A DNA stretch of 64,000 nucleotides from a virus, in IMG/VR virus record IMGVR_UViG_3300025645_004731, positions 26,616 to 90,615 of that record, one strand, 5' to 3'. The translations under genes and the position numbers were made by a program. The notes beneath the pieces are model-generated. The model made no database searches, was not told where the DNA came from, and saw nothing but the letters and a program-made list of their open reading frames with translations. Shown here in pieces: positions 55,693 to 63,931 of this stretch (within the stretch, counting starts at the first letter, position 1; each line of letters begins with the position of its first letter).

Positions 55693-55765
55693 GGTGATTC
55701 TCTTTTCTATGTTGTTCTGTTTGTTTCTATACTGCAGTTATACACCAAGGCACCTTGGTTGTCAA
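55693..55765 (-). repeat. Cassette promoter-leader repeat copy
   Basis: TTGACA accaaggtgccttggtg TATAAC tgcagtatagaaac...aaaagagaatcacc ATG. Confidence 0.9.
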
Positions 55766-55791
55766 GTGTTAATTTGCGTTTTTTGAAATTA

Positions 55792-56157
55792 TTATAAGCC
55801 AGCCCAGCTAATCTTGTATTTGCTGAAGATATTGCCACGAGAAAAGTTGCGAACTGGTGAATTAAATCCAGCAGGTTTAAGAATATCACCACGCTTGAAT
55901 TTCGCATCATTGTCACAGTTGACAACAAAACCCCAAACACATCCTCCATTACGTTGAGTAATTTTGATGTACTTTTTGCCTTCTGAGAAACCAATATCTG
56001 TATTAAATTCTTCGATCATTTTCAGGCGAATATCACTCACAGATTTGCCAGAACGCAAGGACCAAGTTGAATAATCTTCTTTAATAGCCTCTATCAATTC
56101 TTGAACTGCTACTTCGGTTACAATTTCAACTGCTTCTGGTGTCATGATATGTGTCAT
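55792..56157 (-). CDS. Conserved phage hypothetical cassette gene
   Basis: GKKYIKI...VWGFV...GDILKPA.F..P..N..RGNI. Confidence 0.72.
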   Translation of the reverse strand: MTHIMTPEAVEIVTEVAVQELIEAIKEDYSTWSLRSGKSVSDIRLKMIEEFNTDIGFSEGKKYIKITQRNGGCVWGFVVNCDNDAKFKRGDILKPAGFNSPVRNFSRGNIFSKYKISWAGL

Positions 56158-56218
56158 AGTGATTCTCTTTTCTCTGTTGCTATACATATAATATACACCA
56201 AGGTATCTTGGTTGTCAA
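56158..56218 (-). repeat. Cassette promoter-leader repeat copy
   Basis: TTGACA accaagataccttggtg TATATT atatgtatagcaacagagaaaagagaatcact ATG. Confidence 0.9.
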
Positions 56219-56274
56219 GTGAAAAGCGCCCCGAAAGGCGATTTTATGTAAAAATTATTCAATCCGAAGGGCGA

Positions 56275-57081
56275 TTATTTTATACCATTCCACACCGCGA
56301 ATATCTCAGATGCTTTTTTCCTAGACCCAGCAGAAGCAGAGATACTTCTAGTTACCGAAATTTGTTGAAACTTTGCGCCCTTATACAATGTTCGTGCCAT
56401 CGGAACATCGTGATTGGAAACAACGACTCTGACACCATTGCTTGCCAATGATTGGCAAATATCTGCCAACTCTTCTTGCTGTTCCATGCTAAATCCTTCT
56501 TTGGTGTAAGCAGTGAAATTCGCAGTCTCAGACGCGGGAAGATACGGAGGGTCAAAATAAACAACATCTCCTTCACCCAAATCGGTGTAATAAGATGGAT
56601 CATTGAACGATGTATTTTTGAATGTTACACCACTAAACTTGTTCTTGAAATTTTTTATTTCTTCTTCTGGGAAATGTACTTTGTCATACGCACCAAATGG
56701 TGAATTGTAATTTCCACTTTTATTATATCGTGTTAGTCCGTTGAAACAATGTCTGTTCAAATACAAAAACAAGTAAGGTGAACGAGTTTCATTGAACTCG
56801 TCTCGTATCTTATTGAACTTTTCTCGGTCTATGCCATTAATGTAATACTGCTTGGCGGTGTCTATAAAATTCTCGTCAAATAAAACCGCATTGTATAAAT
56901 CGATGATGTCAGAGTTAATATCTCCAATTCTATATTCAGTTGCGGAGGTGTTCAAGGACACGACAAAAGAACCGCCAAACGGTTCAACAAATGTATTTGG
57001 GTTGCCGATGTGTTGCTGCAACGCATCCATAACACGAATTTTATTGCCTAGCCATTTTAGTATTGATTTTTTATATGTCAT
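56275..57081 (-). CDS. dam: Dam-family (alpha class) DNA adenine methyltransferase
   Basis: LKWLGNK, FVEPFGG, DIN, YLNRHCFNGL.RYN..G.YN.PFG, YFDPPY, SN. Confidence 0.92.
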   Translation of the reverse strand: MTYKKSILKWLGNKIRVMDALQQHIGNPNTFVEPFGGSFVVSLNTSATEYRIGDINSDIIDLYNAVLFDENFIDTAKQYYINGIDREKFNKIRDEFNETRSPYLFLYLNRHCFNGLTRYNKSGNYNSPFGAYDKVHFPEEEIKNFKNKFSGVTFKNTSFNDPSYYTDLGEGDVVYFDPPYLPASETANFTAYTKEGFSMEQQEELADICQSLASNGVRVVVSNHDVPMARTLYKGAKFQQISVTRSISASAGSRKKASEIFAVWNGIK

Positions 57082-57148
57082 AAAGTTAGTATACCCTATA
57101 TAATGCATTTTTGCAATGGTATTTATTTACGTTCAAGATCATAGTCAT

Positions 57149-57241
57149 AGTGATTCTCTTTTCTCTGTTGCTATACATATAATATACACTAAGTTACCTC
57201 GGTTGTCAAGCAAAAAGCGCAACAATAAATGCTGCGCTTTC
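57149..57241 (-). repeat. Terminator hairpin + cassette promoter-leader repeat
   Basis: Same hairpin as at 50189 and 63902; the leader opens only a 20-codon ORF before dam. Confidence 0.9.
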
Positions 57242-57266
57242 AATAACTTATAAAATAGTCTGAGAT

Positions 57267-57740
57267 TTATTCGAATAAACTATTAAAGTGTTCCTGTTTT
57301 TGTTGTTCTTTCACTTCATCGTCGTATGGATGCGAATCGTCAAAGCGATAATGATAGCGTAGTCCGTCGGCACACACAATATTCTGCTCCACGATATGGC
57401 GTAGATCCTCTCGCCCACATAGCAATCTGTCCTGACACAATTTAACATTGTCTGGCATTAGGTCTACGCCATAAGTGGTGCTTAACGCAGTTTCAAAGTC
57501 ATGCTCGTTTTGTAGTTTGCGATATAACACACTAGCGAGAAACTGACCGTCACCACACGCTGGGTCTAGGAATGTTTTGGTAGAATCAATAAACAATTCA
57601 GCATCCATCTTGTCTAGTATTTCTTCTACAAGAGGAGTAGGTGTAAACACCTCGCCAGTTGCCTTAACACGACTATGCTCACGGTCTGTGCCGCTCATAT
57701 ATTCTCTGTCGAATAAGTGACTGTGTATATCAGTAATCAT
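57267..57740 (-). CDS. N-terminal (SAM-binding) half of a gamma-class N6-adenine MTase
   Basis: TGEVFTP (X), FLDPACGDGQFL (I), YGVDL (II), NIVCADGL (III); no NPPY. Confidence 0.85.
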   Translation of the reverse strand: MITDIHSHLFDREYMSGTDREHSRVKATGEVFTPTPLVEEILDKMDAELFIDSTKTFLDPACGDGQFLASVLYRKLQNEHDFETALSTTYGVDLMPDNVKLCQDRLLCGREDLRHIVEQNIVCADGLRYHYRFDDSHPYDDEVKEQQKQEHFNSLFE

Positions 57741-58524
57741 AGTTATCCATTCTGATGCTTTTCATTGCTCCTAGTGTCATGTTATTCATTCCTCCACATG
57801 CGCCCAATGCTTGACTTACAAATTCGGGCGTTTTCATATATTCAGTCAGATATTTTGCTTCTTCGTGTGTGTCCACAAACGCCAGGTTTACTCCATTAGT
57901 AGCTACTGCTGTTCCGTCACATATCACGATTTCAGTATTTGTCCAACCATCACGCTGAATCTGTTGTGGCATAATGACAGCATAACCATCCTGCGGAAAA
58001 AACTTCAACGTAGAAATATTTTCACTTGTCGTTGACTGTGTTAATCCTTTGCCGTTTATTTTATGGTAAACAGTATAAGGACCAGGCGTATCAGTCAACA
58101 AGTGCTTTTCTGTTGTCACGTTTACTTTGCCTTTCGCCCATTTAACTTTTTGTTCTGGAAGTTCTTTCAAATCTGCCCAGTCGATGTGCTCAACGTTAGT
58201 CTCGCTATTATCTTTTATTAAGCACCACGTTGATATATTGACATCAAACGTGCCATCATCTACTGACATTATCTTATTCGTGTTCTCTCGGATAAAGGAG
58301 TTAAATATGGTGTGCTGTCTACTAGTGTTCGGCACAATCATTATCACAGTATCCGCCATTGCTGTCGCCATTTTGTAAAACGCCGGGTATAGGTTGGGCG
58401 CTCTGCCTTTTTTACCAGTTTTATTTCCTGCTAAACTATAGGGTGGGTTGGCTACTATTGCATCGAATTGTACGTCCTTCAAATCAAAAAACTCCTGGTA
58501 TGTAATGTAGTTTATATCTAACAT
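57730..58524 (-). CDS. C-terminal half of a gamma-class MTase (catalytic motif IV + TRD), copy B
   Basis: MLDINYIT...FDAIVANPPY, LYP.F, MIVP, F.V; no motif I. Confidence 0.8.
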   Translation of the reverse strand: MLDINYITYQEFFDLKDVQFDAIVANPPYSLAGNKTGKKGRAPNLYPAFYKMATAMADTVIMIVPNTSRQHTIFNSFIRENTNKIMSVDDGTFDVNISTWCLIKDNSETNVEHIDWADLKELPEQKVKWAKGKVNVTTEKHLLTDTPGPYTVYHKINGKGLTQSTTSENISTLKFFPQDGYAVIMPQQIQRDGWTNTEIVICDGTAVATNGVNLAFVDTHEEAKYLTEYMKTPEFVSQALGACGGMNNMTLGAMKSIRMDNYDY

Positions 58525-58795
58525 AATTTTCAAACAACTCCTTAACTTCGTCATTAGTCCATTTTTTATTTTTATCAAACGGCGGAACATATTTTAAAGC
58601 ATCATTAAACCCTGTATTATATAATTTTTTCCACTTATCCATGTGATCTAAAAAATACTGGCTGAATAAAAATGATTTAATGTTTTCTATCTGCTCGTCG
58701 TTTTCTATTTCTATAATAACATATTGTGTTTCAAAGTCTAAGTGCGATATTTGAATAATCTCTTCTTTAAAACTTTTACTTCTAGAAATGCTCAT
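58484..58795 (-). CDS. Distal TRD fragment of MTase copy A (out of frame with 58792-59547)
   Basis: E..ENIKSFL.S..F...GFN....VP..D..K.WT.DE...F, typical of TaqI/Eco57I-like MTase C-termini. Confidence 0.65.
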   Translation of the reverse strand: MSISRSKSFKEEIIQISHLDFETQYVIIEIENDEQIENIKSFLFSQYFLDHMDKWKKLYNTGFNDALKYVPPFDKNKKWTNDEVKELFENYVRYKLHYIPGVF

Positions 58796-59547
58796 TTTTT
58801 CTTACCAGTAAACCACGGCTCTCTTTTACTGTACGCACTTAGTATTAGTTCGTCGTCTTTTACTTTATATGCAGGATAGATATGATCTGCTGTTTTTGTT
58901 TTATTATAAGCAGGTCCGTGATTGTTCTGTTTAAATGCTCTATCTGCAATAGGTAATTTTCCTAAAGCCTGTGCTAGTTCTGCAAACTTAATATCAGTTA
59001 CTGAAGGATCAAATACAGAAGTACCAAATTTGACATAATCAACACCAGCATCTGAAATTACTTTGATGTCGCCGCTATATGTTTTGTCTACGATCCAGCT
59101 ACATATTTTTGCTCCAACATTAAAATGTTTATCGGCAGTAAAGTCAATTTCTTTTACACCGTGCGTTTCTGTTAATGCAAATCTTTTAGAAAGATTAGCT
59201 ACAGCAACAGGAGTAACAAAGTTAACTGTGCCTGTTTCACTTACAAGCTCTATTGCTTTTTTAGAAAACTGGTTATAAATTTTATTTTGCTGATTGTCTT
59301 TGATGCTGTTATCCTGATAGGGTGGATTGCCGATCACTGCGTCAAATTGTACGTCCTTCAAATCAAAATACTCCTGTTGTGTAATGTAGTTTATATTCAA
59401 TGCCGATTCGTCAATGCCGTTTGCCCGAAAATACATGGACCAACGTTTCTGTGATAATCTATTTTCCAAATACACCCAGTCGCCAAGTTTGATAGTTTTC
59501 ACTTGGGCCTTAATGTGCAGATTGCTATAAACATGTAGTGTTTTCAT
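58792..59547 (-). CDS. C-terminal half of a gamma-class MTase (motif IV + proximal TRD), copy A
   Basis: FDAVIGNPPYQ, IYNQF, FVTP, HFNVG; no motif I. Confidence 0.8.
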   Translation of the reverse strand: MKTLHVYSNLHIKAQVKTIKLGDWVYLENRLSQKRWSMYFRANGIDESALNINYITQQEYFDLKDVQFDAVIGNPPYQDNSIKDNQQNKIYNQFSKKAIELVSETGTVNFVTPVAVANLSKRFALTETHGVKEIDFTADKHFNVGAKICSWIVDKTYSGDIKVISDAGVDYVKFGTSVFDPSVTDIKFAELAQALGKLPIADRAFKQNNHGPAYNKTKTADHIYPAYKVKDDELILSAYSKREPWFTGKKK

Positions 59548-59584
59548 GGCCACTTATCTCTTGATAATTTTTACTTACTACTAT

Positions 59585-59613
59585 ACTATACACCAAGGCA
59601 CCTCGGTTGTCAA
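59585..59613 (-). repeat. Promoter-only copy of the cassette repeat
   Basis: TTGACA accgaggtgccttggtg TATAGT. Confidence 0.85.
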
Positions 59614-59646
59614 GTGTTATTTGATATGTGATTCAATGTATTTTAT

Positions 59647-60750
59647 TCATTTTACCATGCCCCGTCTATCAATCTTGCCAATGGTTTCTTTTTCGGTGTC
59701 GCTTAGTTTATAAATATCCATGATTTCATCATCTGTCATTTCTACAGTCACCTCGGGATGTAAATACAATGCTGACCAGAAATTATGATACCATCTTTTA
59801 TCTAGAACAACAAATCCATCCCACGCAACTCGCGCAAACATATTGGTTTTTAACAAACGCTTTAATTTTTCGGGTTCATCATGTGTCCAATATAAGTTGG
59901 TATCTTTCGCAGTGTTATCAAACGTTAGGTAGCCATATCTTGAAGTGGAAAATCCCTTAGTTGTTAAATCTTTATCACGCGCAATTGAAATAGGGGCTTT
60001 ATTATTAATAATTTTTTCTGCAACTGATTGTAGTTCACATTCGTTGGTATAAAATCCAACATCATTAAAATTGGTCATCTTATTGTTAATAGTTGCGCCC
60101 ACAATATCCTCTGTTTTAATTCCAATAAAATAACAGATTTTAATACCTACTGTAAAGTAGCTAGAAACATCTGTTTCGGCTTTTAAAATATTGATACCTT
60201 TCATACCAGAAATAGCAGTGCCACATTGACCATAAACAGTTGTTTTGAATATAGCGGACGGCACAACTAACGCAACAATTCCGTCATCTTTTAATAAATT
60301 CGATATTTTTTCCATAACAGAAACATACATCTTTTTTCCGCCACCTTGGTTCGTTTTTTTGTTGGCACGAACTGGATTCTGGTACGGAGGATTACCAACT
60401 ACAGCATCAAATTTCATATTCATTAATTCCTTAATCATAATATACTTATATCCTAGATGCTCCGTGATTTTTTTTGTTTCTGGACAAAAATTCTCAGTAG
60501 CAACAGTGACATTTTTTGCTCCTCGGTCGAATAATTCAGCCGCGAATTCAACAGCGAACAACACCAAGAAACTTTCGTGTTTGTGACTGATCGAATCTAA
60601 CATTCTACGAACAAGTCGGCTGGGCGTATATGGCACCGGATTATTGGTGAATGTCGGGCCCTTTGCACCAGATCTCAATGTACAAATGACCCCACCCTCT
60701 TCATTGCTAATTATATTTCTAAACTTGCTTTTCTCAGATAATAGGCCCAT
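59647..60750 (-). CDS. Gamma-class MTase-TRD with degenerate SAM-binding motif, copy C
   Basis: PYTP..LV.RML (X-like); FLVLFAVEF in place of DPxxGxG; FDAVVGNPPYQ; GIVALVVP; TRD tail. Confidence 0.78.
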   Translation of the reverse strand: MGLLSEKSKFRNIISNEEGGVICTLRSGAKGPTFTNNPVPYTPSRLVRRMLDSISHKHESFLVLFAVEFAAELFDRGAKNVTVATENFCPETKKITEHLGYKYIMIKELMNMKFDAVVGNPPYQNPVRANKKTNQGGGKKMYVSVMEKISNLLKDDGIVALVVPSAIFKTTVYGQCGTAISGMKGINILKAETDVSSYFTVGIKICYFIGIKTEDIVGATINNKMTNFNDVGFYTNECELQSVAEKIINNKAPISIARDKDLTTKGFSTSRYGYLTFDNTAKDTNLYWTHDEPEKLKRLLKTNMFARVAWDGFVVLDKRWYHNFWSALYLHPEVTVEMTDDEIMDIYKLSDTEKETIGKIDRRGMVK

Positions 60751-60810
60751 AGTGATTCTCTTTTTTTGTTTCTATACTGCAGTTATACACCAAGGCACCT
60801 CGGTTGTCAA
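60751..60810 (-). repeat. Cassette promoter-leader repeat copy
   Basis: TTGACA accgaggtgccttggtg TATAAC tgcagtatagaaacaaaaaaagagaatcact ATG. Confidence 0.9.
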
Positions 60811-60823
60811 GCGAAAAATAAAA

Positions 60824-61588
60824 TTAAAGCTTGGCTAATAGATCATCTTCTTCTTTTAATTTATTCTGCATAGTTTCCCATTCTGGATCCTTGGGTCCGT
60901 TAATAAGTAATGGCATTATGCCGAGTTTTTTACGGAATTCATTCCAAAAGAATGGATTTCCATTAATTTTTTTACTAATTTTCTTGTAGTTTATCACTTC
61001 GATATCGCCGAAGGTATTCGCTTCTAGTTTATAATGTAATCCTTTGGCAGTAGTAAAAAGAATATAACGAGCAAAGCATCCTTGACCAGACATTCTGGCA
61101 TGTCCTTGGGCATTGCCGAAAAAGTTCATGACTCTGCTGCCATCATTGGTGGTATGCTCTTTTGTTGGATTTAAGCTACCCTTAACTTGAAGATATACTG
61201 GGCTTCCAGATTTCGAAATCTTGCGAATTCTTTTACCATAAGATTTTTCTTGGGATGTATTTGCTGTTGCGTCATATCCCGTGTCTTCTAGATCCTCGTC
61301 GATTGTATCCATACTGATATAACTTCCTAAATTATAATCACTGAGTCCGAAAGTTTCAAAGAATACTTCACTCAATGCCTCTACCCCTGCTCCGAAATAT
61401 CTTGGTGCCTTGATGCTTTTATTATCCTCGTCTGTATGTGACATCCGTAAATCCTCACGATACGGAATTAATGCATCAATATTGTTTGATTGTTTTTTTA
61501 GAGCAAGAAGGAACTTATCTAATTTCTGAATTTTATCGAATGCGGTAGTATCAATACAATACTTAAACCAACTATGTTTATTTGACAT
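60824..61588 (-). CDS. Mrr-like PD-(D/E/Q)XK endonuclease candidate
   Basis: G..VEALSE.FF...DTGYDA...YLQVK...ILFTTA, the E..D..QxK pattern; coupled to the helicase by TAATG. Confidence 0.6.
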   Translation of the reverse strand: MSNKHSWFKYCIDTTAFDKIQKLDKFLLALKKQSNNIDALIPYREDLRMSHTDEDNKSIKAPRYFGAGVEALSEVFFETFGLSDYNLGSYISMDTIDEDLEDTGYDATANTSQEKSYGKRIRKISKSGSPVYLQVKGSLNPTKEHTTNDGSRVMNFFGNAQGHARMSGQGCFARYILFTTAKGLHYKLEANTFGDIEVINYKKISKKINGNPFFWNEFRKKLGIMPLLINGPKDPEWETMQNKLKEEDDLLAKL

Positions 61589-63000
61589 TATTGTACTTCC
61601 TTCGCTGATGTATCAAACAATTCCCAGAATAATGCGTCCTGGCCTTCTGTTACTAGAATATCGGTTGCTTCCTTATAAATTGCATCATCACGATCCATCA
61701 ACTCACCGCCTGGCGTCGGCATATTATGTTGATCCTCAACATCTGCCCAGAACTCAGCAAGATCATAGCCACCTTGCTCAAACATGGCAGCATAGGTAGA
61801 TAAATTGGAATCACCTGCCCATTCTCCGTTGAATCTGGCAATAGTAACAATACATTCTGTCTTGATTCGATTCTTGCGAAGTTCTCCGGCAAGAGCACCA
61901 GACTTGATAATATCAGCGTTTGCCGCACGGCACCCACGGCCGATTGTCTGAATTGCTTTTACCATGCCAAGACCGCGCAAGATCAACACTCCGCCGATGC
62001 CGTCAACATCAATGCCTTCGGCTAATGTATCACAATGCATGATGATAGAAGGATTAGGATTTTTAGCAAAGTCGGCAACTAGCGCATCTCGGTCCATCTG
62101 TAGGCTACCGTTCTTCACTGCTGTATCAGCAGTAACATAATAAAGATCAATATCGTTATTTCCTACAATATTGCGAATCTCACTCAATTCGTTCGCAATA
62201 TCCGAAAAGTTCATGGTATTGGGCATTGCTACCAACATCTTATGAACGAAATCCTTATGCGCAAATGTCAGTTGGTCCTTAAACGCCGCGGCGATAGCAG
62301 ATACATAATCTTCGGTATTGCCGTTATCAGTACTGAGAACATTTACAGTACGAATTCGCGGGCGGACAATATATCCGTTAGGAATAAGTTCTTTTGGCGA
62401 TACATCAGCAATCACTGGTCCAAATAGTTCAACATTATCCATACTCGCTTCTGCTGCTGCCATACGAACGGGCGTACCAGTATAGAACAGTGTCTTTGAT
62501 TTAAACAGATGCATATTCTCGCGCAGGTCAGATTGTACTAGATAGTGCGCTTCATCACAGATGATAAGATCAAAGTTCATAGCAGCGATACGATGTAAAC
62601 TTTTATAACTTGAAAATGTTATATGCGCTCCATTATGAGAATTCATAATTTCTTGCAACACGTTCGTATCTGTAGTGGATACATTCTTCTTATCGTTCAG
62701 AGTATGCGTCTTTGCTTGACCGCTATGAAAGTTCGTAAACTCAATTCCCATGCCGGCGAATGTTTTAGCAAAACGATTTTGCTGATTCTGGCTTAGTGCT
62801 ATACGTGGATGAACTACAAGAATACGTGCTGCGCCGTGAGACATAGCAGTAACTACTTTCATAATTAAATCTTGAAAAACTTCTGTTTTGCCGCCGCCAG
62901 TAGCACATAAAATAGTGCCACGGGTAGCATCAGGATCAGACATGAATTTATCTTGTGCCTGTATCATGCGAACTTGGTATGGTCTAAACTTCATAGTCAT
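61588..63000 (-). CDS. SF2 helicase/ATPase (Type ISP / ResIII-like)
   Basis: RPYQ, ATGGGKT, VHPRIALSQ, FSSYKS, IICDEAH, YTGTP, LAEGIDV, QTIGRGCR. Confidence 0.9.
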   Translation of the reverse strand: MTMKFRPYQVRMIQAQDKFMSDPDATRGTILCATGGGKTEVFQDLIMKVVTAMSHGAARILVVHPRIALSQNQQNRFAKTFAGMGIEFTNFHSGQAKTHTLNDKKNVSTTDTNVLQEIMNSHNGAHITFSSYKSLHRIAAMNFDLIICDEAHYLVQSDLRENMHLFKSKTLFYTGTPVRMAAAEASMDNVELFGPVIADVSPKELIPNGYIVRPRIRTVNVLSTDNGNTEDYVSAIAAAFKDQLTFAHKDFVHKMLVAMPNTMNFSDIANELSEIRNIVGNNDIDLYYVTADTAVKNGSLQMDRDALVADFAKNPNPSIIMHCDTLAEGIDVDGIGGVLILRGLGMVKAIQTIGRGCRAANADIIKSGALAGELRKNRIKTECIVTIARFNGEWAGDSNLSTYAAMFEQGGYDLAEFWADVEDQHNMPTPGGELMDRDDAIYKEATDILVTEGQDALFWELFDTSAKEVQ

Positions 63001-63061
63001 AACGATTCTCTTTTCTTTGTTTCTATACTGCAGTTATACACCAAGGCGCATTGGTTGTCAA
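63001..63061 (-). repeat. Cassette promoter-leader repeat copy
   Basis: TTGACA accaatgcgccttggtg TATAAC tgcagtatagaaacaaagaaaagagaatcgtt ATG. Confidence 0.9.
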
Positions 63062-63090
63062 GTGTTAAATGACATTATTATTAAAAAAAG

Positions 63091-63498
63091 TTATACTGCT
63101 TCCTTTGATGAAACAATCTCTTTGCCGAACTTGCTAGTCCCAATAAGAGTATAGTTATTGCGGATATTCTCTGGTGTTGCTGGAACGCCGTCGAAGTAAC
63201 TTACGCCATCTACATACCAGTCTAATGGAAACTCATACGTCTCGACAACCATATTGTCGTTCATGCCTCCAGCATCGGCGACACTACAAATAGCATCTTT
63301 GATTGACTGGTCGTTCAACTTATCAAACACACGCTGATGAACAATAAACTCTACGGCGCATCCGCCATCTGCGTCATGTGTGATATTAGGACTGATACGC
63401 AACCCAGTCTGTTCTAGTAGGGCAGAATATACTTCGTGAATGTCGCGGTAGCATTCGGCTGCTGTTGTGTAAATCTTAACTTGTTTTGTAGTAGTCAT
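63091..63498 (-). CDS. Hypothetical cassette gene
   Basis: Single gene between two repeats. Confidence 0.7.
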   Translation of the reverse strand: MTTTKQVKIYTTAAECYRDIHEVYSALLEQTGLRISPNITHDADGGCAVEFIVHQRVFDKLNDQSIKDAICSVADAGGMNDNMVVETYEFPLDWYVDGVSYFDGVPATPENIRNNYTLIGTSKFGKEIVSSKEAV

Positions 63499-63559
63499 AG
63501 TGATTCTCTTTTCTTTGTTTCTATACTGCAGTTATACAGTAAGGCATCTTGGTTGTCAA
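63499..63559 (-). repeat. Cassette promoter-leader repeat copy
   Basis: TTGACA accaagatgccttactg TATAAC tgcagtatagaaacaaagaaaagagaatcact ATG. Confidence 0.9.
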
Positions 63560-63568
63560 GTGTTAATT

Positions 63569-63838
63569 TTAACTTACTGGAGATAACATGCTAGCTGTTA
63601 CCTTCCATGTAACTGTGCCGGCATCGACAACTACTGTCTTTTGATTGACTTTGGTAATACGTCCACGCACTGTCTGACCATCACGTTTCCGGAATTGTAC
63701 CATGTCGCCTTTGACCATTTCGTTAGCTGCTTGACGAGCAAGGTATGTGCGGCGCAATTTAATTGCGTCTACAGCACGGTTCAGTTCTTCTGCGTTCATA
63801 CGACCAATTTGATCTACTACTGTGTTTAACATTGCCAT
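63569..63838 (-). CDS. Small SH3/KOW-like cassette protein
   Basis: GD.V.F....G....G.I.KVN.KTVVV.....WKV..S.L. Confidence 0.7.
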   Translation of the reverse strand: MAMLNTVVDQIGRMNAEELNRAVDAIKLRRTYLARQAANEMVKGDMVQFRKRDGQTVRGRITKVNQKTVVVDAGTVTWKVTASMLSPVS

Positions 63839-63931
63839 GGTGATTCTCTTTTCTCTGTTGCTATACATATACAATACACCAAGGCGCATTGGATGTCAAG
63901 CAAAAAGCGCAACAATAAATGCTGCGCTTTC
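63839..63931 (-). repeat. Terminator hairpin + cassette promoter-leader repeat
   Basis: Hairpin identical to the 57212-57241 copy, then TTGACA-N17-TATTGT and the leader. Confidence 0.9.

Noticed and set aside
37944-63889. Shared N-terminal peptide MYSNREKRI(T/I) on four ORF-track proteins (37572, 52222, 55792, 63569)
   Set aside because: It is the translation of the repeated promoter/leader DNA. Its ATG lies 2 nt after the -10 box, upstream of the expected TSS; the true starts are 30 nt downstream.
49897-63931. CRISPR array or integron attC interpretation of the dispersed repeats
   Set aside because: Spacing is 0.3-3 kb with whole genes between copies, the copies contain -35/-10 boxes, and no cas gene, integrase or GTTRRRY-type core arrangement was seen.
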